A stretch of 63,796 nucleotides of DNA, the filler included, from Octopus bimaculoides (lineage: Eukaryota), in assembly GCF_001194135.2 (NCBI RefSeq). It is 6 parts of 6 records of this genome, joined end to end, with 100 filler letters (N's around TTAATTAATTAA, not from the genome) between each part and the next. Parts side by side here need not be neighbours in the genome. Positions count along the whole stretch, not along the records: positions 48,076 to 62,317 come from NC_068983.1; positions 62,418 to 63,796 come from NC_068982.1; 4 more parts are not named here. The stretch is one strand, 5' to 3'. Below are positions 52,281-63,796 of the stretch, in pieces. The notes under the pieces were generated by a model. The model worked only from the letters and a program-made list of their open reading frames with translations, ran no database searches and was not told the origin of the DNA. Made by a program: the position numbers and the translations under genes. Every line of letters starts with the position of its first letter. The first letter of the stretch is position 1.

Positions 52281-52806
52281 TAAATGGTAAATTATAAAAA
52301 CTACTTTTATAAAGAATAAAGCATTCTTGACATTTTATTTTATTTATTTATTTATCTATTTTGTCGATCTTACTTATGTAAATTATTTTCTTATATTGTT
52401 GACTGCACCTTGGTGTCAAATAAATTTATAAAAATGGCAAGTAATATTTAATAAGAAAACGGAATTTTTTCAGTCTATCGTTTTACATTCAGCATTTATT
52501 TAGTCTTGTCAGTTAAACTCTGGCCTTATTTTGACGCTTGTTACTTTTTTGAATATTTTTTTTTTTTTATATCGATAGTTCAGTTCCGATTAACACTGAA
52601 CTTAATTATTGAGAAAAGGTTTCTTTTAACTTTCATTTATTCAGGTCGGTGACTCAGCAACAAAATGTTGTTCTCGACTGACAAGGGCAATGAATTAATA
52701 TGCCGTGTACAATATAAGCACTACTAGTTAAAGGATTGCAAAATAAATTTTGTCTTTTTCAGAAAAGACTGCTCTGCATACACACAAACACAAAAATGCG
52801 CGCGCG

Positions 52807-52849
<43 letters not shown>

Positions 52850-53504
52850 CATACAGCACTGTGTCTATTTATATGTACAGCATTCATATAAAGCTCAAAT
52901 TGAACCATTACTCATGAAATTTCATATCATTTATTAACCTTAAGATATTTTTATTTTTCATTCTTTTTTTTATTTTTGCTGTTCCTTCTGGTTTTATATA
53001 ATTTTAAGAAACCTTCGTTCCTCTGTCTACACAACAGAACCATTTATTATTAATTTATTTTCAATTCTACGTAGCTATTTTAGACGCAATTAATATTTGT
53101 GTAGGTATTTGATTACAAATTCTACATTGATAATAATAATTTATTAGTTGTTATAAATGAGCATTACTCTATTTCAGACAGCGTGAAATTCAATAACTTC
53201 CAATTCTGTAAGAATTCAAATATGTTATTGCGTTCAAATGAAAACAATATTGTCCATAAAATTGTCGCTTATGAGTGCAGTGTAACTTCACTTTTAAGTT
53301 GAAAAGAAAATATTTATCAGACACCTGTCACTGGGTAGTATAAATTTCCAATGATAAAAATCATTAATACAAGTTGGAATACATAAATAATGTTGCTGCT
53401 ACTATTGTTTATCCTCACTTCTGCATTGATCGGAGAGACCTATGATCAAAAGCTTTTCAACTGTGATAACCCAGTCTTTTGATACAAATAGAAGCAAGGT
53501 AACG

Positions 53505-53840
53505 GTTTGGCAGAATCGTTAGAACACCAGATAGAATACTTGGCAATAACCATTCCAGCTGTGTGCACCCTCAGTTTAAACATATCTGGTGTCAACTTTG
53601 CTTTTCACAATATGGGACATTCTGTTTTGTCTTTTATTTCTTTTGTGTTTTTTTTTCTATTGTACTCACGAGGCCTGAAATCTTTTTGTGAAAGAGGTTA
53701 GTCGAATGCATAGAAACTAGTACACAGCTGGTACTTATTTTATCAAAACCGAAAGTATAAAAGACAGAGTGAGTCAGAACGTAAGGCCGGGACAAATACT
53801 GTTAAGTATTTTGTCCGGTGCACAATCGATTCTGTCAGTT
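53505..53840. mobile_element. Two degraded family B fragments in tail-to-tail orientation
   Basis: GGCAGAATCGTTAG head (+) at about 53510 and GATTCTGTCAGTTCG (-) at about 53830. Confidence 0.55.
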
Positions 53841-54531
53841 CGTCCTCTTCCCCAATATGGAATTTTACTAGCTTCTTAGTTTTTCGGATACTTAATTGAA
53901 ATAATTCTCATCATATAAATAAATATAATTTACTAAATCCTATAATTACTTTTCAAGAATAATTAACACTATTCAATGAAACCATTAGGAGCGGAATGAA
54001 TATTATTACTTCTATAAAAGAACGGTGAATGGCACAACCAGGGGAGCGTAGGATAAAAAAGACTTTGTTATTTAGTTTTGTCGCTTTGTTTTCAGTCCAT
54101 GCCTCTAGGATTTGTCTTTATTTTCATCTTTAAGGCGTCGAAAATGTAAACTACTAAGCAAGTACATCGACTATACTTCACACCTCTATCATCTATGATG
54201 TTCTCCCGCTGTAAGAAAGCATTCTGTTTATTGGGTACAGCGTATTTCATATCGGTCTGGTGCTTAAATTTGACGTCGAAAGCGTTTTGCCTTTGCATAG
54301 AGCGTTTAATTGTAGGCTAAGGGAGTGTCAATTTTTCTTGTTCTCTTTACATCTACTGCATTGGTGCAGCCTTCACTATCGGTCTTAATTCCACTTGCCT
54401 CTGATTCAGTCTGTATGCATGCCAGTCCGCCTCTCTGTCTCTTTCTCTCACTTCCTCCATTTGTCTGTATACGTGCCATAATGAAACAATAATAAACTAT
54501 AAATATATATGCATACATATATATATACATA

Positions 54532-54690
54532 TATACGACGGGCGTCTTTCAGTTTCCGTCTACCAAATCCGCTCCCAAGGCTTTGGTCGGCCCGCCGCTA
54601 TAGTAGAAGATACATTCCCAAGATGCCACGCAGTGGGACTGAACCCGGAACCATGTGGTTGGTAAGCAAGCTACTTACTACACAGCCTAT
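54532..54690 (-). mobile_element. SINE family C head
   Basis: CCACGCAGTGGGACTGAACCCGGAACCATGTGGTTGGTAAGCAAGC. Confidence 0.85.
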
Positions 54691-55252
54691 CCTACGCCTA
54701 CGTATCAGTACTAATGATTTGTACATGTTTTGTATTTGATTTTTCCATTTCAGTAAAGGGTTTTCGGTGCTTTTGTAATTTTCTGCTTTTAAATATGTTC
54801 GCAGAAACCGACAAAAAGTCGAAAAAGACGTTACTCGAAAGAAAGTAAGTTACGATATGCGTATATTTCTAATTTCACGAAAGAAAGTTACTTTTAAGTA
54901 TTTTCCAAATGAAGGGTAAACACATTAATCTAGGATTGAAACTAGGACGGATTCAGCTTGCCAAAATATTCTGAATGGAAGTTTCTTTTATCTACTTTCG
55001 AAATTTGTCATGTAACGCACAAACACAAGCACAAACACGCACGCACATACATACACACACTTACACACAAGCACACACACATCTGCACAACATATTCTCG
55101 TGCACATTCACACACGTACATGCTCACGCACAAATGTATGCACGTATATGCATGTACAAAACATACATACATATATATCCCATTCCAGATGTTGTTGACG
55201 TTTTTATTGTTGATGGTCTTGTTAATGTTGATACTGCTACAATTTGTATCAC

Positions 55253-55308
<56 letters not shown>

Positions 55309-55547
55309 ACAACAGCAACAATAACAACACAAATAGTACTAGCTGTTTATGTTGTTGTTTTTATGTTGTTACTTCGCTCAAGGACACGCATACCTAAGAT
55401 TAGTGATGTGTCTGTTTATTAATTGGAGAGGCTCAATTATAGCGAAGTTTTTGGCGGTCTTACTTCAACAAAATGTGCTGTAGGAAACTATAGTTAATTG
55501 GAAAACAGCCAGAGGTTACGATCCCTTAATTTGGAAATCCTACTGCA

Positions 55548-55633
<86 letters not shown>

Positions 55634-56739
55634 TACATATANNNNNNNNNNNNNNNNNNNNNNNNNNNNNNNNNNNNNNNNNNNNNNNNNNNNNNNNNNN
55701 NNNNNNNNNNNNNNNNNNNNNNNNNNNNNNNNNNNNNNNNNNNNNNNNNNNNNNNNNNNNNNNNNNNNNNNNNNNNNNNNNNNNNNNNNNNNNNNNNNNN
55801 NNNNNNNNNNNNNNNNNNNNNNNNNNNNNNNNNNNNNNNNNNNNNNNNNNNNNNNNNNNNNNNNNNNNNNNNNNNNNNNNNNNNNNNNNNNNNNNNNNNN
55901 NNNNNNNNNNNNNNNNNNNNNNNNNNNNNNNNNNNNNNNNNNNNNNNNNNNNNNNNNNNNNNNNNNNNNNNNNNNNNNNNNNNNNNNNNNNNNNNNNNNN
56001 NNNNNNNNNNNNNNNNNNNNNNNNNNNNNNNNNNNNNNNNNNNNNNNNNNNNNNNNNNNNNNNNNNNNNNNNNNNNNNNNNNNNNNNNNNNNNNNNNNNN
56101 NNNNNNNNNNNNNNNNNNNNNNNNNNNNNNNNNNNNNNNNNNNNNNNNNNNNNNNNNNNNNNNNNNNNNNNNNNNNNNNNNNNNNNNNNNNNNNNNNNNN
56201 NNNNNNNNNNNNNNNNNNNNNNNNNNNNNNNNNNNNNNNNNNNNNNNNNNNNNNNNNNNNNNNNNNNNNNNNTATATATATATATATATATACATATATA
56301 TACGTTCGCATATACATATATGTGTGTGTGTGTGTGTATTTGTACATATATGCATGTATATACACATATAGACACATACACAGCAATATACATACACGCA
56401 TGTATGCATATGCATGTTATGCGTATTTTTGTGCCTGTGTGTGTAACTGTAGTATTTGTGTGTGCAACTGCATGTTAAAATAAGCGTTGCTTGTTCTAAT
56501 GCAATTTTAACAGGAAATGCTCTGCTTTGGTTTATACATGAGAATTTGAAATGTAAGTGTAATGAAATGAACATATTCATACATATTCAAATTGGATCGG
56601 GATTAAAGCACTTTAAGGTTGGTATCTCCCCAGAGGCAGTGCCTTCACTTACATAAAAATTGCCTACAAATTATTGGACAATTCAGAATATGTTTTTTCA
56701 AAGATTCTTTCATGACAAAATACATTTTTGTTGTGTATG

Positions 56740-56950
56740 TCTTCTTTTGCGTGTTTCAGTCATTGGAATGTGGCCATGCTGGGGCACCACCTTGAAAGTT
56801 TTAGTGGGAGAAGTTCATTCGTTACTTATTTTTTAAGCGTAGCACTTGTTCTAGAAGCCTCTTTTACTGAACCGCTAAGCTACAGGGATCTAAACAAACC
56901 AGCACCGGTTGTCAAGCAGTAGTGCGGGATAACACTAATACAAAGACACA
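56740..56950 (-). mobile_element. SINE family C, 3' half, degraded
   Basis: GTTTCAGTCATT..A.TGTGGCCATGCTGGGGCACC...GAACCGCTAAG. Confidence 0.7.
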
Positions 56951-58433
56951 CACATACACACATAGATGTATGCATATGCATACTTACACGTGCGTATGTA
57001 TGTATGTATGTATGTATGTATGTATGTATGTATGTATGTGTGTATGTATGTATGTATGTAAAGTGTGCGTGAGTATGTAACTTTGCTTTTTGTTTGTCAC
57101 CCTCACAACTTTACAACCAATGCTTTTTTTCTGTTTATGTCCCCCTTAACTTAGCTGTCGGCATATTGGACGACAGAATAAGTATCAGATTTTAGAAAAA
57201 TAAGTACGGGGTTGTGGCTTGTGGGGCTATTTTTCAGAACTGTTCCCCACTGGCGGGTGTTTCTGAACAAGCCACCCATATTAGTTTCATTTTCTCTGCT
57301 TCGTGCGCTTTTGCATCCGTAGATTTCTACTGAAGCAACAAACAGGCAATGAAGGCAAATGAAGCCCTCACCAGAAAACTCGTTATGCTAAATATCACAG
57401 CTAAAGGTCTGGTACACAGAAATATGTTATTAAGACGACTTATCTGTTGCATACAGTTTTTTTTTTTTTCACTTTAAGTAAATTCTCAGGTAAACGTTTC
57501 TAATAGAAAGGCAGAAGACACCAGAGGCAAAAATAAGGAATATACACGCACAGTTAGATATAGAAGTGTAAAGCATAATTTGTTATATAATCTCTATAAT
57601 AAACATAATATTGAATGGAATAATTCCCCGTTTGAACTTTTAAAATTACATATACNNNNNNNNNNNNNNNNNNNNNNNNNNNNNNNNNNNNNNNNNNNNN
57701 NNNNNNNNNNNNNNNNNNNNNNNNNNNNNNNNNNNNNNNNNNNNNNNNNNNNNNNNNNNNNNNNNNNNNNNNNNNNNNNNNNNNNNNNNNNNNNNNNNNN
57801 NNNNNNNNNNNNNNNNNNNNNNNNNNNNNNNNNNNNNNNNNNNNNNNNNNNNNNNNNNNNNNNNNNNNNNNNNNNNNNNNNNNNNNNNNNNNNNNNNNNN
57901 NNNNNNNNNNNNNNNNNNNNNNNNNNNNNNNNNNNNNNNNNNNNNNNNNNNNNNNNNNNNNNNNNNNNNNNNNNNNNNNNNNNNNNNNNNNNNNNNNNNN
58001 NNNNNNNNNNNNNNNNNNNNNNNNNNNNNNNNNNNNNNNNNNNNNNNNNNNNNNNNNNNNNNNNNNNNNNNNNNNNNNNNNNNNNNNNNNNNNNNNNNNN
58101 NNNNNNNNNNNNNNNNNNNNNNNNNNNNNNNNNNNNNNNNNNNNNNNNNNNNNNNNNNNNNNNNNNNNNNNNNNNNNNNNNNNNNNNNNNNNNNNNNNNN
58201 NNNNNNNNNNNNNNNNNNNNNNNNNNNNNNNNNNNNNNNNNNNNNNNNNNNNNNNNNNNNNNNNNNNNNNNNNNNNNNNNNNNNNNNNNNNNNNNNNNNN
58301 NNNNNNNNNNNNNNNNNNNNNNNNNNNNNNNNNNNNNNNNNNNNNNNNNNNNNNNNNNNNNNNNNNNNNNNNNNNNNNNNNNNNNNNNNNNNNNNNNNNN
58401 NNNNNNNNNNNNNNNNNNNNNNNNNNNNNNNNN

Positions 58434-58487
<54 letters not shown>

Positions 58488-59039
58488 TTCTGCCTCTTTC
58501 TCATCCTTCACTGACTCTACCGCTTATTTCCACTCCGTTTCAACCCATTTCACACCATTCAATTCTTTCATCCCTCACCCCACAATGCCCTATCAACACT
58601 CGGCAGCACCACATTTTCTTTTGTACCTAGATTTTTGGTCGCCAGAAATACAAGAGTCACTACTCTTAGACAAACCCGTACACATAAGTTTGTCTCCAGT
58701 TTATTTTTCCATAGGGAATTAAGATGGCATTGCTTTCAGTACTGACCAGTTCTATCTTACATACACGCATGCACGCATACACAAACACACACACATACGC
58801 ATTTGTAATTACCTATATGTTTTCACATACCACTAAATCGAAGGAAATAATCTTATTCCCTCTTCAGTGACATCAGATCTTATGAATATGATGAAAACGA
58901 CCTGTTGTCTCTAAAGTGTCAAAAATTTGATAAAATTGTCCACAGAAGAGATGTAAAGAATTTATTGTAAGTATTCATTCTGGAATTTCCCCCTTTCTCT
59001 TATTGGTATACTAAACGTTTAGCAACATAATCCTACGCA

Positions 59040-59123
59040 TGCCTCGCCAAAATATTACCATGCCCCACCAAAATATTACTATGACCTACCGGTAGGGTAT
59101 GCGCCCCACGTTGGGAATCACGG
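59040..59123 (-). mobile_element. hAT (Charlie/Buster-like) terminal fragment
   Basis: CCCCACGTTGGGAATCACGG, a TIR-like sequence resembling CAGTGATTCCCAA, similar to 61941-61956. Confidence 0.45.
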
Positions 59124-59429
59124 AATTAGACATATCCAATTCGAAGTCATTGACTGTTATAGTTTCATAACCCAGGTTCCACTTACAAGACACATAATAT
59201 TTATCAGAACATACAGTGACCTACGATAAGTTTTTAGCCTACCTGAATTTTTGCGATTTCATAATTTGTAACATGTTTCTTGCATATTATACTGTATTTT
59301 CTCTTATCTTTTGAAGATTAATAGATTTTTCAAATGTTATGTCCCAATGAAAGTGGAGTGAAGTGCAGAAATTAGCGAGTTCAAACGAGGGCAAATCATA
59401 GGATGGCATCGGTGCGGGAAGACGAGTAG

Positions 59430-60270
59430 AGAAACAGAAAAGTTTTTTAAGGTAAATCATTTGACTGATAATAATATTGTAAAAAGGTTTCAAGAAGGAC
59501 ATTGTCGTATGAAACCTCGTTCTGGAAGGCCAAATATCGTTTTGAATAGAGAAAACATGGCACTGAAGAGAGAAATCATCAAAAACCGTCGTCTTAGTGT
59601 GAGAGAGGTTGCAAAGAACATGGAAATGTAGCCATACTCTGTGCGAAAAGAACTAGGATCTGAACGAAGGACTGCAAGAAAAAAAACTGTTGATTTCAGA
59701 CATCAACCAAGGGAAAAGATATGACGAGGATAGTCATATCTTTATGTCTTATCCTTATACGAGGATAAGACAGATGGATTTTGGCAGTCTGTGGTGTAGT
59801 CGGATGAAGGTAAGTTTTGTCAATATTCGAATTCAAAGCAAGTCTATGTATGGAGGGACAAAATTGAAACTTTGAAGGTTGAATGCTTGCAAGCTACCGT
59901 AAAACATAGTGGGATGGAAGTCATGATTCGGAGTGTTGTCTGGGCAGGAGGGAAATCTGAGTTAATTTTCGTGAGAAACCGGTTGGAGACTCCGAAATAC
60001 TGTGATATATTAGAAAAGGGACTGCTTCTGGTTTACAACACCGGTAAAAGGGATAAGAACATTTCTCTTTTACAAGAAGATAGAGCGCCATGTCATACGA
60101 GCAAAGTTTCAAATGACTGGAAAGAAACGCATGGTATAAAGTCCCTCAGGTGGATACCTCAAAACCCCGACTTGAACCCCATCCAGCATATCTGGAAGTA
60201 CCTTGACAAACAAATTCAAGCTAATTCTGCGAAAGTTACGTCCGTGGCAGCCCTCAAAAGCTCTACCAAA
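59430..60270 (+). pseudogene. Tc1-family (DD34E) transposase pseudogene
   Basis: KPRSGRP; RRLSVREVA; FWQSVV*SDEGKF; TVKHSG.EVM; QEDRAPCHTSK; W.PQNPDLNPIQHIW (E to Q). Confidence 0.9.
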
Positions 60271-61384
60271 TATAAATGCAAATTTTCAGACAATTCTGTT
60301 ACGTATTTCTTGAGTTATTAAACTTTTAATATGATTACAGTTTTACTCCCCTGGCTAAAAACTTATCGTAGGCAACTGGACAGAAATATTTACATATCTG
60401 TATATATGTCTGCTGACACGTCCTTCTTGTTTAAATTAGGATTATTACTGTGTTATGAAAGACGAAACATTTGATGGGGCGAAAGCGTATGAACGGGGAG
60501 GCTTGTACTGGTTCAAAACTATAGGATGATTCCTTGATATTAGTAGCATGGACTTATACACGGATTACAAAGTGCACGAACCGACATACAACTGATATAT
60601 GCAGGAAACGAATAATTACAATGAGCATTATCAACCACGTATGCTGTTTCGCCATTTTTCTGATTTATCAACGTCATGTACCCGACCCGAATCGGATCGA
60701 ATCATACCGCCAACCCACGACTTATATGCATATGGTGTGAAAACTATGAGTTAGAAGCAGCGCTAGTGTTATAACCATTATTGACCCCATATAGTTAACA
60801 TATATGATCAGGGTATTTGCCAGTAGGCTGCGATATGGAGTGGTGGAAATTACTCTCTCAAAGCGCCGGTGTTAAAACACCTAAAAGTCATGGACAGGCA
60901 AGATAACTCACCCTAGATCCCGTTCAGCAGTGATGGACATCAATATTTCGTCATTTTTGTGGCTTATCAAAATCATGTATCCGAACCAGCTTGGGAGCAA
61001 ACCATTCCGACAGTTCACGACTTATATACATATAGTGTGAGAACTATGTACTTGTATGCCCGGGCAATGCATGCGTAAGAATAAATTTTTAAAATAGGAA
61101 ATAGAAGCAGCGCTAGTGTAATAATTACAATATTTAATATATTTGGCCTCGGGATGTCAGATGGAGTGAAACTTACAATGATAATACTTCTTGAAGATTC
61201 CCTGAAAGCAAACTCAAAATCTACGGAATCATTTAAAAAACCAAATGCTATGCCTTCCAACCTAATATGATCCAACCGCATTTCCACCCCAACCCCTCCT
61301 AAAATACTTTTCCTCAAAAATTGTGTATATAACACATATTCGTAGACAATTTCATTAAAATTATCCATTTTTCTGAAAGTTATG

Positions 61385-61956
61385 ATCATTCAAAGTCGGG
61401 GGCGCAGAAATCTGTAGTTATGCCGATTCAAAAATACAGTAGTGCAAGTAAAAAAAATGTTCGTCAATATTCAGACGAATATTTAAAATTTGGATTTATA
61501 CCCAGTATCCATGATAAACTGTCAGTCACCAAGTTATGGATGAAAAACTCAGATCTTGGGGAATTTTCCGAAGTGCTCTCTCCACGCCTCGGAAAAGATT
61601 TTCTCACAAATTTCTTTATAATCGTAATCTATGCTGGTTGAACGGTTTTTATATAAAATTTCATTAAAAAAAAATAACATTTTCTTTAAAGTTATGAGGG
61701 AAGAATTCGGATCTTGTGAATTTTCCGCAGTCCTCCCTAGCCCCTTGATTTCTGGGCATTTTTTTTTTTTTTTCATATTCGTTTCCTACATATTTGTTTT
61801 TACGTCAGTTGCACTATGCTTTTTTTTATTTTGTTTCCGGGTAATATTGTAAACATTAACCAAATTTTGAATAACAAAAATTAAATATCACAAGGGGGCA
61901 CGAGATTTTAGCAATGATTCGATAGGGCATAGCTAAAAATCGGTTGGGAATCACTG
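61385..61956 (+). mobile_element. Internally deleted hAT Buster/Charlie-like element
   Basis: KKNVRQYSDEYLKFGFI (ZBED/Buster-type N-terminus) at 61420. 3' TIR GGTTGGGAATCACTG at 61942-61956. Confidence 0.65.
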
Positions 61957-62140
61957 ATCTAATTGAATATATTTTCATTGTAAAACGTAATTGACGCGTT
62001 GATATTTCATAGATTCGAAAACATAGATTGTTTTATGTCAGAGTTTACTCTTCTAAAGATTGTTCTAATAGCTATTTTGGATGCGTTAATGATACGTTAT
62101 ATTTGAGGCTGCCTAGGCCGTTATGTTCCGTATGTATCGT

Positions 62141-62990
62141 GAGTGGCTGTGTGGTAAGTAGCTTGCTTACCGACCACATGGTTCCAGGTTCAGTCCCACT
62201 GCGTGGCACCTTGGGCAAGTGTCTTCTACTATAGCCTCGGGCCGAACAAAGCCTTGTGAGTGGATTTGGTAGACGGAAACTGAAAGAAGCCCGTCCTATA
62301 TATATGTATATATGTGTNNNNNNNNNNNNNNNNNNNNNNNNNNNNNNNNNNNNNNNNNNNNTTAATTAATTAANNNNNNNNNNNNNNNNNNNNNNNNNNN
62401 NNNNNNNNNNNNNNNNNGTGTGAGGTGAGAGAGATAGGTCTGTAGTTCTTGGCTTCCGCTCTGCTACCTCCTTTATGAATAGGGCATATTTCCCCTCCTT
62501 CAGTTTTCTTGGGAGTTTGCCAGATTTTTTATATTCATGCGTATCACACACGCATGTTTGTGTGTGTGTGTGTGTGTGAGTGTGTATATATATATATATA
62601 TATATATATTCTTTTCTTTTAGTCTTTTACTTGTTTCAGTGATTTGACTGCGGCCATGCTGGAGTACCGCCTTTAGTCGAACAAATCGACCCCAGGATTT
62701 ATTCTTTGTAAGCCTAGTACNNNNNNNNNNNNNNNNNNNNNNNNNNNNNNNNNNNNNNNNNNNNNNNNNNNNNNNNNNNNNNNNNNNNNNNNNNNNNNNN
62801 NNNNNNNNNNNNNNNNNNNNNNNNNNNNNNNNNNNNNNNNNNNNNNNNNNNNNNNNNNNNNNNNNNNNNNNNNNNNNNNNNNNNNNNNNNNNNNNNNNNN
62901 NNNNNNNNNNNNNNNNNNNNNNNNNNNNNNNNGTGGGACTGAACCCGAAACCATGCGGTTGAGAAGCAAGCTACTTTCCACACAACCACG
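62141..62990. mobile_element. Two family C SINEs in opposite orientation (62141-62297 +; 62612-62990 -)
   Basis: Family C motifs. Confidence 0.85.
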
Positions 62991-62995
62991 TATAT

Positions 62996-63072
<77 letters not shown>

Positions 63073-63796
63073 CATACATACATATATACATACATACATA
63101 CATACATGTATACATAAAAATTCACGTAGTGGCACAGAATTATATATGCATATATTTGTGCGTGTGTGTGTGTGTGTGAGAGAGTGTGTGTATATTTGTG
63201 CGTGTTTCTGTTTTCATATAATCCTATAAACGCATATATGAAATGTCACCCATTGCATTTTTTTCTTACACTATGAACACGCGTTGATTCAGCAGAGTAT
63301 GCACATTCACATTTTGCAGCGACACACACACACACACACGTGCACAACTACGCACGCCCACGCATATACATGCAAACACAGTAATATATACATATAGATA
63401 GAATAATTAAAAAAACAAAATTAAGTATCCGTATATATTTCAGATAACGAAACTATTTTTTAATAAGGAATTTCAAAAACTACGATATGCAAAAATTACA
63501 TTAAAAAATAGCAGCAATAAAAATTATAGTAATAAAATAAATATATATATAAAAAATATATTAATCTAAAAGTCAAATTTAAAAAAAGCTTCACTATATA
63601 AATGAAAATAAGTGTTTCTATATTCATGTCCACAGCAGATCTACAAAACCGATAAAGTGAAACGGACGTTCGTTATAGAATGTCTCCCATAATGACGTCA
63701 TGAACACGTGCTGCGGTATATGCCAGCTGCCTTGTTATTTCATGATGCGTGTTTTCTTTTTTATTGGTGCTTTATTATTTGGTTTTATTTTTTTCT

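Noticed and set aside
60445-60475. TTATGA-AAGAC-GAAACATT hammerhead look-alike
   Set aside because: No stem II and a broken core.

Overview
This is an AT-rich, microsatellite-dense animal genomic window. The SINE families and repeat style suggest a coleoid cephalopod such as Octopus (inference). I find no convincing host protein-coding gene; nearly all listed ORFs are simple-repeat or N-gap artefacts. The window holds dozens of copies of about 6 SINE-like families (my labels A-G). It also holds a cluster of decayed R4/Dong-type RLE non-LTR retrotransposons embedded in (TAA)n-like repeats (36.9-43.9 kb), mariner, Tc1 and hAT remnants, two long foldback hairpins and a 9-mer satellite. The most interesting signal is several minimal hammerhead-ribozyme (HHR) motifs of the kind carried by Penelope-like elements. 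One has an intact core (4731-4758). Another forms the 3' part of a tRNA-headed SINE (1138-1393), which suggests a possible Penelope-dependent, ribozyme-tailed SINE. CpG content also appears to shift from depleted to retained near 25.4-26.9 kb, with a CpG-rich palindromic patch at about 29.7 kb. Several apparent duplications are assembly artefacts. Family names are my own and clade assignments come from motif recognition, not database searches.
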